Positions 9,257-17,960 of a stretch of DNA of 64,000 nucleotides are shown here, piece by piece. This DNA is from an uncultured Candidatus Binatia bacterium. Lineage in GTDB: Bacteria; Desulfobacterota; Binatia; HRBIN30; CADEER01. Location: assembly GCA_965216585.1 (NCBI GenBank), contig CBDCGC010000002.1:342459-406458 (forward strand), in the 5' to 3' direction. Position numbers and translations under genes: made by a program. The notes under the pieces are model-generated. The model was given only the letters and a program-made list of their open reading frames with translations. It made no database searches and was not told the origin of the DNA. Within the stretch, counting starts at the first letter, position 1; each line of letters opens with the position of its first letter.

Positions 9257-10438
9257 ATGAATCCTAGTTTCAAGGAGATGATGAACGAGGTCGTCTCCTA
9301 TGGAAGCTGTTGCGAGTGTGGCTCCTGCGTTCTCGTCTGTCCTCACAACGTCATCGACTACGTCGACGGCAAGCCCAAGCAGGTTGCCAAGAAGAACGGT
9401 GAGTTCGACTACTGCGGCATCAGCGAGGGGATTGGCTGCGATGCCTGCGCTCAGGTGTGCCCGCGCCTCGGTACGCGCGAGCATCATCTCAGTGATCAGG
9501 TGTTTGGCGAAGAGGACGCCTACCGCGGCATCTTCGGCACCTACCGGCGCGTCGTGGCGGCGCGCTGCACCGATCGGGAAGTGCTGGCACGCTGCGAGGA
9601 TGGTGGCGTCGTTACCGGTCTGCTCGCCTGGGCGCGGCGCAATGGCGTCATCGACGGTGCGGTCGTGTCGACGGTCGACGACGACGAGCCGTGTGCGCCA
9701 CAGCCGCGCGCCGTTTCTACGGTGGACGAGATCATCCAGAGTGCGAGCTCCTGGTACACCTACTGTGCCAACAACCTGGCGTTGCGCGAGGCGGAAGAGA
9801 AAGGTCTCGAGCGCGTGGCCTTCGTCGGCGTGCCCTGTCAGATCACGCCGGTGCGCAAGATCCAGTTGGTCGACCCGGCCTATCTCGACAACGGCAAGAA
9901 GAAGGAAAAGCACATCGAGCGCCAGCGCAAACACCTGAAGGGCTACGGCGAGCGCGTCGAGCTGCAGATCGGCTTGCTGTGCTCGGAGGTGTTCACCTTC
10001 GACGGCTTGATGCGCGATGTCATCGAAGGCGAGATGAAAATCCCGTTGACCGAGATCAAGAAGTTCAACGTCAAGGGGAAGGTCCTCATCTACAAGCACG
10101 ATGGTGAGGTGGTCGAGATGAACCTCAAGGAGGCGCAGGAACACGCTCGGCCGGAGTGTCACCACTGTGGCGATTTCTCGGCGGAGTTGGCCGATATTTC
10201 CTGTGGCGGTGTCGGTGCGATGGACTGGACGATCGTGATTCTGCGCACGCGGCGAGGTGAAGAGATTTTCGATCGAGCCGCCGCCGACGGTGCCTTCGAG
10301 GTGCGGTCGATGGACGAGTTTGAAACGTCGATGCGGGTTCTACTGCGCCTGGCACGCAAGCAGCGCCAGCGCGTACCCAATCCGCCCGGTCGTGATCCGT
10401 CGTTTGTCCGACCGCAGGGGTTTTCGGATCCACACTAG
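9257..10438 (+). CDS. Coenzyme F420 hydrogenase/dehydrogenase beta-subunit (FrhB/FdhB/BciB-like) with 2x[4Fe-4S] N-terminus
   Basis: CCECGSCVLVCP, CDACAQVCP, DGGVVTGLL, VGVPCQ, IGLLC, CHHCGDFSAELADISCG. Confidence 0.85.
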   Translation: MNPSFKEMMNEVVSYGSCCECGSCVLVCPHNVIDYVDGKPKQVAKKNGEFDYCGISEGIGCDACAQVCPRLGTREHHLSDQVFGEEDAYRGIFGTYRRVVAARCTDREVLARCEDGGVVTGLLAWARRNGVIDGAVVSTVDDDEPCAPQPRAVSTVDEIIQSASSWYTYCANNLALREAEEKGLERVAFVGVPCQITPVRKIQLVDPAYLDNGKKKEKHIERQRKHLKGYGERVELQIGLLCSEVFTFDGLMRDVIEGEMKIPLTEIKKFNVKGKVLIYKHDGEVVEMNLKEAQEHARPECHHCGDFSAELADISCGGVGAMDWTIVILRTRRGEEIFDRAAADGAFEVRSMDEFETSMRVLLRLARKQRQRVPNPPGRDPSFVRPQGFSDPH

Positions 10439-10459
10439 CGGGGTCGTTGGGTAGGAGCG

Positions 10460-11599
10460 ATGGCGACCGCCAAAGCAGAGGAACGGAAGAAGCTCCAATC
10501 TCTTCCGGCCGCACACCTCGAGAGATTGGTCGAGAGCTCGACCGACATCGTCGTAGCCGTCGATCGCGAGGGCTCGATCATCTACTACAACGACGGTGCC
10601 GAAAAGAACCTTGGCTATACCGCGTCGGAAATTCGCGGCAAACACGTCGAGCTTCTCTACCCGTCGCTGGCCGAAGCGCACCGGGTCATGGAGGCGATGC
10701 GCAGCGAAGAGTTCGGCGGGCCTGGCAAGGTCAAGAACTTCGAAACGCGTTTCGTCAACCGCTGGAAGGAGGAGCTGCCAGTCGCCATCTCGGGCGCCAT
10801 CCTGCACGACGACAACGGTATGGACATCGGCTCGATCGGTTTTGCCAAGGACATTCGCGAGATCCGCAAAAAGGACCGACTGGCGACGCTTGGCGAGGTC
10901 GCGGTGGCTCTGTGTCATGAAATCAACAGCCCTCTGGAAGTGATTCTCAACGAGGTCGAGCTGTTGCACGGCTTCGTTCGCAAGCGCGGTAGTGAATCGG
11001 AAGCCGTCGTCGAAGAGGAGCGGATCGACGCCGTGCGGCGCGAGGTTCGCATCATCCAGGACATCGTCAACCGCTTGGTCGAGATGTCTCAGGAAGGGCA
11101 CTACGACACGCGCGAGTATCTCGAAGGCCAGAAGATGACCGATATGCATCGCGAGGCGAAGCCGGACGATGTGAAACGCCAGGGGGAGCCGGCGAAGCAG
11201 GGCCTGCAGGGATTGCGCGTTCTCGTGGTCGATGACGATCTCGGTGTCTGCCGATCGTTGCGCGACCTTCTCGTCGACGAGGGATGTGAAGTCCACGTCG
11301 CTACCGACGGCCTCCGCGCCTTGGAAATGCTTGAGGTGACGACCGTCGACATCGTCGTCAGCGACGTCGTCATGCCCGACCTCGACGGCTACGAGCTGTT
11401 CATGGAAGTCAGCCGGCGTGGCACGACGCCGGTCATTCTGATGACCGGCTACTATTACGACCGCGACCACGTCATCAAGCGCAGCCGCCTCGAAGGTCTG
11501 GAGAGTGTGATCTTCAAGAAGCCGGTCGATCCGGCGAGGCTCAAGAAAGCGATCTTGCAGCGCACCGGCCGCGCCCCGGCGATCGACGGCGCCGAGTGA
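10460..11599 (+). CDS. PAS + HisKA + receiver signalling protein lacking an HATPase domain
   Basis: PAS (YYNDGAEKNLGY), H-box (CHEINSPL), REC (VLVVDDD, SDVVMP, MTG, KKP). Confidence 0.85.
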   Translation: MATAKAEERKKLQSLPAAHLERLVESSTDIVVAVDREGSIIYYNDGAEKNLGYTASEIRGKHVELLYPSLAEAHRVMEAMRSEEFGGPGKVKNFETRFVNRWKEELPVAISGAILHDDNGMDIGSIGFAKDIREIRKKDRLATLGEVAVALCHEINSPLEVILNEVELLHGFVRKRGSESEAVVEEERIDAVRREVRIIQDIVNRLVEMSQEGHYDTREYLEGQKMTDMHREAKPDDVKRQGEPAKQGLQGLRVLVVDDDLGVCRSLRDLLVDEGCEVHVATDGLRALEMLEVTTVDIVVSDVVMPDLDGYELFMEVSRRGTTPVILMTGYYYDRDHVIKRSRLEGLESVIFKKPVDPARLKKAILQRTGRAPAIDGAE

Positions 11600-11602
11600 C
11601 GC

Positions 11603-12142
11603 TCAGCGGCCTGCATCTTCGTAGGCGGATTCGTCGTCACCGAGCTCACCCTCGTCGCGAAACTCGGCGTCGTCTTGCGCTTCTCGTTCGTCTCGTAGCC
11701 CATCGCCGTCACCATCGTCATAGCCGCCGTCAAAGTCGTCGTCGAGAACTTCCGGCGTAGGAGTCGATGCGGCGGGTGTGGCCGACGGTGCGGCGACGAG
11801 CGGCAGGACGAAGCGGCCGCCCGGCGAGACGAAGACGGCGGAGCGGGCGTGGATCTCCACCAGCTTACCGAGGTCGGGAACGGTTTCGTCGAGGTGGTAG
11901 AGCTCGTTGGTGCCGTCGGGCGCCTCGATGATGGCGTAGCGGACGTCGCCGACGACGGTTCCGGCCAGGCGGAAGAGGTTGGGCGTCGGCGTCTGCAACG
12001 CTTTGGTCGGCGGCACGGCCGTGCTGGTCGCGGTTGCCGGTGCCCCTGCCGGTGGCATGGCATCGTCACCGCGTCGCACCAGCCAGAAGGCGAGAGACGC
12101 GAGGAGGATGGCGAGCAGAGCGACAGATAGACGAACGTCCAT
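11603..12142 (-). CDS. GspC/PilP-like (T2SS C HR domain) membrane protein with acidic tail
   Basis: N-terminal TM, Pro/Thr linker, FRLAGTVVGDVRYAIIE...LVEIHARSAVF, D/E-rich C-terminus. Confidence 0.6.
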   Translation of the reverse strand: MDVRLSVALLAILLASLAFWLVRRGDDAMPPAGAPATATSTAVPPTKALQTPTPNLFRLAGTVVGDVRYAIIEAPDGTNELYHLDETVPDLGKLVEIHARSAVFVSPGGRFVLPLVAAPSATPAASTPTPEVLDDDFDGGYDDGDGDGLRDEREAQDDAEFRDEGELGDDESAYEDAGR

Positions 12143-12285
12143 TCGGAGAACCGGAGAGAGTGGCAATCGTACGGAACCGCGAGGTCCGCGTCGAGGGATG
12201 CGCGCAGTGCGAGGGTTTGGGCGGAGATTCTTGACACCCGGCCGGTGGCGGCTGATGGTGGTGCTGACGAGGTGGAGGTGGGCTG

Positions 12286-12933
12286 GTGGCAAGAGCGCAT
12301 CGATTGGCAGCGCGGCGGCGTGTGTTGTTGAGAACCGAGCGCCAGCTGTGGGGCGAGGGTTTTGGGCGGATCTGCGGCGTCGACGAAGTCGGCGTCGGTC
12401 CGCTGGCCGGGCCCTTGGTCGCCGCGGCGGTCATTCTGCCGCCTGAGATCGAGGCCCGCGGCATCGACGACTCGAAGAAGCTGTCGCCGCGGCGCCGCGC
12501 CGAGCTGGCCCTGGTGATAGGCGAGCAAGCGCTGGCATGGTCGATCGGCGTCGTTGCGCCGGCGGAGGTCGATCGGTTGAACACCTACCGAGCCGCTCTC
12601 GAGGCGATGCGCCGGGCGGTTGCCGGCCTGACCCTGCGGCCGGACTACGCTCTCGTCGATGCCCGGACCATTCCCGGCCTCGACGTGCCGCAGCGGGCGA
12701 TCGTCAAAGGGGATCGCAAGAGCTATTCGATCGCCGCCGCCTCCATTGTCGCCAAAGAACACCGCGACGAGATGATGCGACGGCTCGACGAGGCGTATCC
12801 CGACTACGGTTTTGGCCGTCACATGGGTTACGGAACGGCGGCGCACCTGGCCGCACTCGATCAACTCGGGCCGTGTCCGGAGCACCGCATGTCCTTTGCG
12901 CCGGTGCGACAAGCGCGCTTCTCTTTCGCCTGA
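12286..12933 (+). CDS. rnhB: Ribonuclease HII
   Basis: GVDEVGVGPLAGP, DDSKKL, VKGD, SIAAASIVAK, HRMSF. Confidence 0.96.
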   Translation: MARAHRLAARRRVLLRTERQLWGEGFGRICGVDEVGVGPLAGPLVAAAVILPPEIEARGIDDSKKLSPRRRAELALVIGEQALAWSIGVVAPAEVDRLNTYRAALEAMRRAVAGLTLRPDYALVDARTIPGLDVPQRAIVKGDRKSYSIAAASIVAKEHRDEMMRRLDEAYPDYGFGRHMGYGTAAHLAALDQLGPCPEHRMSFAPVRQARFSFA

Positions 12934-12965
12934 CTGGCTGCGCGTGATGGTGTAGGTTGGCGGCG

Positions 12966-14192
12966 ATGAGCAGCGACATACGCATGCCCAAGCTGAGCGA
13001 CAGCATGGAAGAGGGTACGGTGATCCGCTGGATGGTCGCCGTCGGCCAGTCGATCACTGCCGGCGATGTGATCGCCGAAGTCGAAACCGACAAAGCCAAC
13101 GTCGAGATCGAAGCGGAGACCTCGGGAGTGATCAGCGAAATCGTCGTCGCCGAAGGTGCTACCGCCGCCGTCGGTGCCGTCATCGCCACCCTGGCCGGCG
13201 CTGCGGATGCCGCGGCGAAAGCGGCGGCCGCGCCGCCAGCCGACGGTGGCAAGACGACGGCGGCGCCGGTGACGGCCACCGCCGCGGCGCCAGCGCCGGT
13301 GACCGCGGAGCCGCCGCCGGCGCCTGCTGTCGCCGGCACGGCTAAAACGACGTCGGTCGCTCGCCGCCTGGCGCAGCAGCACGGCATCGACTTGGGTGCC
13401 CTGCGCGGTAGCGGTCCGGGCGGTCGTATCGTCAAGCGCGACGTCGAGGGTGCGATGGCGCAGGCGGCGCCGAGCTCCGCCGCCACCGCGCCGGCGAGCG
13501 ACGTCAGCGATGGTGAGACGATGTCGCGCATGCGGCGTACCATCGCCGCGCGCATGGAGAAGGCCAAGCGTGAGATACCGCACTTCTACCTGCGCACCGA
13601 GGTCGACGCGGGCGAAATGATGCGCATCTACCGCGCCAGCCGAGCCGGCGACGTCTGGCCGGGGCTGACTTTGACCCATCTGCTCGTCCGCGCCATTGGT
13701 GTAACCCTGCCGGAGCACCGGCGTCTCAACGCACTCTGGGTCGACGACTCGATCCAAATGGTGGACGACGTCAATGTCGGCGTCGTCGTCGCGCTCGAAG
13801 ACGGTCTTCTCGTTCCCGTACTCAAGCAGGTGCAAACTCTCGGCATCCGCGCCATCGTCAACGACACCCGCGCGCTCGTCGAGCGCGCCCGCAGCGGCCG
13901 CTTGCAGGCGGGTGATCTGGTCGGTGGCACGATCAGCGTTTCCAACATCGGAATGCTCGACGTCGACGAGCTGACGCCGATCATCAACGAACCGCAGGCG
14001 GCCGTGCTCGGCGTCGGCACCGTGCGCGAGCGCGCCATCGCCCGCGATGGACGACTCAGCGTCGGTGAGACGATGAACCTGACCCTCGCCTGCGACCACC
14101 GGGTCGTCAACGGCGTCGAAGCGGGGCGTTTTCTCGAGGCGCTCAAACACGTGCTCGAGCAGCCTTTGGCGCTGGTGGCGGAGCCGGCGTAG
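12966..14192 (+). CDS. Dihydrolipoamide acyltransferase (E2) of a 2-oxoacid dehydrogenase complex
   Basis: Lipoyl domain ETDKA, E3-binding GSGPGGRI, catalytic DHRVVNG. Confidence 0.93.
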   Translation: MSSDIRMPKLSDSMEEGTVIRWMVAVGQSITAGDVIAEVETDKANVEIEAETSGVISEIVVAEGATAAVGAVIATLAGAADAAAKAAAAPPADGGKTTAAPVTATAAAPAPVTAEPPPAPAVAGTAKTTSVARRLAQQHGIDLGALRGSGPGGRIVKRDVEGAMAQAAPSSAATAPASDVSDGETMSRMRRTIAARMEKAKREIPHFYLRTEVDAGEMMRIYRASRAGDVWPGLTLTHLLVRAIGVTLPEHRRLNALWVDDSIQMVDDVNVGVVVALEDGLLVPVLKQVQTLGIRAIVNDTRALVERARSGRLQAGDLVGGTISVSNIGMLDVDELTPIINEPQAAVLGVGTVRERAIARDGRLSVGETMNLTLACDHRVVNGVEAGRFLEALKHVLEQPLALVAEPA

Positions 14193-14245
14193 TGGACGCG
14201 TGGCAAACACCGGGCGGGCGCCGCCACGGCGAAGGTGCGGAGCGG

Positions 14246-14926
14246 ATGTCGGGCGCGGCGCTCGCAGCCGGTTGCAAGGGCGAGCTGCGCTTGCACCGCC
14301 TCGGCCGCATGCCTTTCGAGGAAGCGATGCGCATCCAGGAGGAGCTGCTGGCGGCGCGCATTGCCGGCGCCGAGGCGGGTGGTGATATCCTGCTCGTCGA
14401 GCACGACGCCGTGTACACACTCGGCCGTGGCGGCGATGAGAACGACCTGCTCGATGCGCCGCGCCGCTTCGCCGTACCAGTGGTCCGCACCGGTCGCGGC
14501 GGCGGTGCGACCTTTCACGGCCCGGGCCAGGTCGTTGCCTATCCTATCGTGCCGTTGCCGGCACACCGGCGCGACGTGCGGCGCTACGTCCACCTGCTCG
14601 AGCAGGCGCTGATCGAGACGTGCGCTCACTTCTCGGTCACGGCGCGGCGGCGGCGCGGCCAGATCGGTGTCTTCGCCGAACCGGGGAAGGTCGCCGCCGT
14701 CGGTATCGGCGTGCGCCGCGGCGTCGCCTTTCACGGCGTCGCCATCAACGTTTGCAACGACCTCGACTACTTTGCTGGGATCGTTCCCTGCCGCTGTAAC
14801 GGCATGGCGGTGACCTCGCTCGGCGAGCTGGTGACACCGGTGCCGTCCATCGACGCGGTCGGCGCAGTGCTGGTCGGCGCCATTGCCGGCCAACTCGGCA
14901 TGGCGGTCGGGAGTACCGAAAGATGA
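14246..14926 (+). CDS. lipB: Lipoyl(octanoyl) transferase
   Basis: EHDAVYTLGR, RGGGATFHGPGQ, HGVAIN, IVPC. Confidence 0.93.
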   Translation: MSGAALAAGCKGELRLHRLGRMPFEEAMRIQEELLAARIAGAEAGGDILLVEHDAVYTLGRGGDENDLLDAPRRFAVPVVRTGRGGGATFHGPGQVVAYPIVPLPAHRRDVRRYVHLLEQALIETCAHFSVTARRRRGQIGVFAEPGKVAAVGIGVRRGVAFHGVAINVCNDLDYFAGIVPCRCNGMAVTSLGELVTPVPSIDAVGAVLVGAIAGQLGMAVGSTER

Positions 14927-15840
14927 ACGTTCGCCGCCGCCATCCCGATTGGATCAAGGTCCGTGCTCCCGGGCACGACGGCTACGCGGCAACCCGCGGC
15001 GCCGTGCGAGAGCTCGGTTTGCACACTGTTTGCGAGGAGGCGCACTGTCCCAACCTGGCCGAGTGCTGGGGGCATCAGACGGCTACCTTCATGCTGCTCG
15101 GCGACGTCTGTACGCGCGCCTGTCGCTACTGCGCGGTCGCCCATGGCAAACCCGATCCGGTCGACGCCGGCGAGCCCGAACGAGTTGCCGAGGCCGTCGT
15201 TCGCCTCGGCCTGCGGCACGTCGTCATCACCTCGGTCGACCGCGACGACCTGGCCGACGGTGGTGCCGGCCATTTCGCGGCGACGGCGCGGGCGGTCAAG
15301 GAGGCACGGCCGCAGTGCACGGTGGAGGTGCTGACCCCGGATTTCCGCGGCGACGCGGCGGCCATCGGGTCGGTCGTCGAGGCGCCGGTCGACATTCTGA
15401 ATCACAACACGGAGACGGTTCCGCGCCTCTACAAGGTCGCGCGGCCGGGCGGCAGCTATGAGCGATCGCTGAACCTGTTGGCGGCCGCCAAGGCGCTTCG
15501 TCCCGGCCTCCTGACCAAGAGCGGCGTCATGCTCGGGCTCGGCGAAGAACGCGACGAGCTGGTCGCAGTGTTCGCCGATCTGGCCGCCGCCGGCTGCGAT
15601 ATTCTCACCCTCGGACAGTACCTGCAGCCGACCCGGGCACACCTCGCGGTCGAACGCTATGTGCCGCCGGCTGAGTTCGAAGAGCTCGGCGAGGTCGCCC
15701 GCGCCTGCGGCTTTCGCCACGTCGAGTCGGGACCTCTGGTGCGCTCCTCCTACCACGCCTGGCAGCAAGTACCCGAATCATCGGACCGCGGCGGGCGCGA
15801 TCGGGCCTCCTCGGAGAGCCCTGTTGCGCCAAATTACTGA
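14923..15840 (+). CDS. lipA: Lipoyl synthase
   Basis: CEEAHCPNLAEC, CTRACRYC, RSSYHA. Confidence 0.97.
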   Translation: MNVRRRHPDWIKVRAPGHDGYAATRGAVRELGLHTVCEEAHCPNLAECWGHQTATFMLLGDVCTRACRYCAVAHGKPDPVDAGEPERVAEAVVRLGLRHVVITSVDRDDLADGGAGHFAATARAVKEARPQCTVEVLTPDFRGDAAAIGSVVEAPVDILNHNTETVPRLYKVARPGGSYERSLNLLAAAKALRPGLLTKSGVMLGLGEERDELVAVFADLAAAGCDILTLGQYLQPTRAHLAVERYVPPAEFEELGEVARACGFRHVESGPLVRSSYHAWQQVPESSDRGGRDRASSESPVAPNY

Positions 15841-15855
15841 CGCCGGGACGCCAAC

Positions 15856-15875
15856 CACTAGTTTACACTAGTGTA
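15856..15875. promoter_or_regulatory. Palindromic operator candidate upstream of the GST gene
   Basis: CACTAGT-ttac-ACTAGTG overlapping the perfect 12-mer TACACTAGTGTA (15864-15875). Confidence 0.55.
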
Positions 15876-15959
15876 TGTTTCTGCGATGTATGGCCGATTG
15901 AGCCTACCGCGCACGGGGCGCAGCGCGGCTGGCCATGGCTCTGAGAAAGGCGAATCTCA

Positions 15960-16562
15960 ATGCGACTCTACGACTACCCTGACTGTCCGTTCGCACAGAA
16001 GGTGCGCGTTGTTCTGGCCGAGAAAGAGCTGGAGTATGAAACGGTGTTTGTTGACTTGCGTCAGGGGCAGCAGCGCGAGCCGGATTTTCTCAAGCTCAAT
16101 CCCTACGGCCGTGTACCGGTGCTGGTCGACGAGGATGTCGTGGTCTACGACTCGACGATGATCAACGAGTATCTGGAGGACGAGTATCCGCATCCTTCAT
16201 TGATGCCGGATGATTCGGCTGGCAGGGCGCGCGTCAGGACGCTCGAGGACTTTTGCGACAACTCCTTTCTGCCTTCGGCAGGATTCGTGCAGGCCGAGTT
16301 GGCCAAGCCCGATGAGGGGCAGGACGCCGAACGCCTGCAGCGCTACCGCAAGGGCTTGACCGACGGGTTGATTCGCATCGAGGGTTTTCTCAGCGGCCGG
16401 GACTTCCTCGCCGAGGACTTCTCGTTGGCCGATATCGCTTTCGTGCCGGCAGTGTTGAATCTCTCTCGTCTCGGCGTTGAAATCGACCCGCGGCTGCGCG
16501 GCGTCGCCGGGTGGCTCAGCCGCCTGCGCCAGCGCCCGAGCGTACAGTCGCTCGGATTGTAG
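15960..16562 (+). CDS. Glutathione S-transferase family protein
   Basis: CPFAQKV, LNPYGRVPVL, DSTMINEYL, FSLADIA. Confidence 0.93.
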   Translation: MRLYDYPDCPFAQKVRVVLAEKELEYETVFVDLRQGQQREPDFLKLNPYGRVPVLVDEDVVVYDSTMINEYLEDEYPHPSLMPDDSAGRARVRTLEDFCDNSFLPSAGFVQAELAKPDEGQDAERLQRYRKGLTDGLIRIEGFLSGRDFLAEDFSLADIAFVPAVLNLSRLGVEIDPRLRGVAGWLSRLRQRPSVQSLGL

Positions 16563-16563
16563 A

Positions 16564-16827
16564 GTGAGCGCCGACGAAGAGGCCCTGCGCGCCAAGGTCC
16601 TCGATTCCTTCAAGGTCGTTTGCATCTGCAACAAGATCAAGAAGGGCACGATCCAGAAAGCGATCGCCCGCGGCGCCGGTACCTTTGCCGAGGTCAAGCG
16701 CGCCACCCGCGCCGGTAGCGGACCGTGTGGCATCGAGCGCGGCGGCGTCACCCGTTGCACCGAGCCGATTCGCCAGATGCTTGATGACGCCGCCGCCGAA
16801 AAGGTTGACAGCGGCGATGCGAAGTAG
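16564..16827 (+). CDS. BFD-like [2Fe-2S]-binding protein
   Basis: CICNKI...GSGPC(x9)C; GTG start directly after the GST stop. Confidence 0.75.
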   Translation: MSADEEALRAKVLDSFKVVCICNKIKKGTIQKAIARGAGTFAEVKRATRAGSGPCGIERGGVTRCTEPIRQMLDDAAAEKVDSGDAK

Positions 16828-16844
16828 TTGAGACCTTGTCTCAA
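16805..16844 (+). promoter_or_regulatory. Promoter -35 and Fur/PerR-like box upstream of rubrerythrin
   Basis: TTGACA 16805-16810; TTGAGAC-ctt-GTCTCAA inverted repeat 16828-16844. Confidence 0.6.
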
Positions 16845-16879
16845 ATTGGAACGAGTACAAATCCGAAGGAGTCGTAGCG

Positions 16880-17302
16880 ATGGCAGATTTGAATGGAACG
16901 AAGACGCACGAAAACCTGAAAGCGGCTTTCGCCGGTGAATCGCAGGCGAATCGGCGCTATCTCTACTTTGCCCGGCGCGCCGACATCGAGGGCTATCCCG
17001 ATGTCGGTGGTCTTTTTCGCGATACGTCGGAAGCGGAGACCGGACATGCTTTCGGTCACCTCGACTTCCTGCAACAGGTCGGCGACCCGTGCACCGGTGT
17101 CGCCATCGGCGACACCGAGAAGAACCTGAAATCGGCGGTCGAGGGGGAGACCTACGAGTACACGCAGATGTACCCGGGTTTCGCCAAGACGGCGCGCGAC
17201 GAGGGGTTCGACGAGATCGCCGAGTGGTTCGAGACCCTGGCCAAGGCGGAGAAGTCTCACGCCGGGCGATTCCAGAAGGGACTCGACGGACTGAGCCTAT
17301 AA
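16880..17302 (+). CDS. rbr: Rubrerythrin (short type without rubredoxin domain)
   Basis: [26 protein letters not shown] di-iron motifs; AAGGAG RBS. Confidence 0.93.
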   Translation: MADLNGTKTHENLKAAFAGESQANRRYLYFARRADIEGYPDVGGLFRDTSEAETGHAFGHLDFLQQVGDPCTGVAIGDTEKNLKSAVEGETYEYTQMYPGFAKTARDEGFDEIAEWFETLAKAEKSHAGRFQKGLDGLSL

Positions 17303-17309
17303 GGAATGC

Positions 17310-17337
17310 GCGCGGCGGGCGGCGACGCCCGCCGCGC
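17310..17337 (+). terminator. 12-bp GC stem with GCGA tetraloop after rbr (stabiliser or weak terminator)
   Basis: GCGCGGCGGGCG-gcga-CGCCCGCCGCGC; no U-tract. Confidence 0.55.
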
Positions 17338-17349
17338 CGTGCGTCGGCA

Positions 17350-17943
17350 ATGAACGCTTCGATCCGTCCGGTGACTCTCGATGACGTCGTCGGGCTCGAC
17401 CGCTACGCGGCGGAGCGCGACGCAATTCGCGCTCGCACCATCGCTCTCAAAAAGAATCGGCGCGTCGGCGTCGGCGATTGTGTCACCTTCGTCTTTGAGA
17501 ACCACGACACGGTGTTCTTTCAGGTGCAGGAGATGCTGCGCGCCGAGCAGATCACCGATCTCGATGCAGTGCGCGAGGAGCTCGAAGTCTACAACGGCGC
17601 GCTGCCGGCTGCCGGGCAGCTCAGCGCCACGATGCTGATCGAGATTACCGACTCGGATGACATCGAGGCGCGCCTCAACGAGCTGATCGGCATCGACGAG
17701 TGCGTCAGCTTGCGAGTTGGCGAGCATCGCATCGCCGGCGACTTCGAACCCGGCCGCTCGCGCGAAGATCGCCTCAGCGCCGTGCAGTACGTGCGCTTCT
17801 CGCTGCCACCGGCCGCGGTCGCCATCTTCGCCACTGAGCGGGAGAACGTCGAGCTCGCGATCGATCACCCGGCGTATGCGTTCGCAACGTCGATCGCCGG
17901 TGCGACGCGCCAATCTCTCGCCGTCGATCTGGCGGCGGAGTAG
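17350..17943 (+). CDS. DUF3501 family protein
   Basis: KKNRRVGVG, FENHDTVFFQVQEMLRAE, LSAVQYVRF, DHPAY; known rubrerythrin neighbour. Confidence 0.88.
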   Translation: MNASIRPVTLDDVVGLDRYAAERDAIRARTIALKKNRRVGVGDCVTFVFENHDTVFFQVQEMLRAEQITDLDAVREELEVYNGALPAAGQLSATMLIEITDSDDIEARLNELIGIDECVSLRVGEHRIAGDFEPGRSREDRLSAVQYVRFSLPPAAVAIFATERENVELAIDHPAYAFATSIAGATRQSLAVDLAAE

Positions 17944-17960
17944 CGCGCGGCGCTGCAGCC

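Noticed and set aside
14923-15840. LipA as part of the novel radical SAM system
   Set aside because: Canonical lipoyl synthase with lipB and E2; unrelated to the left-edge cluster.
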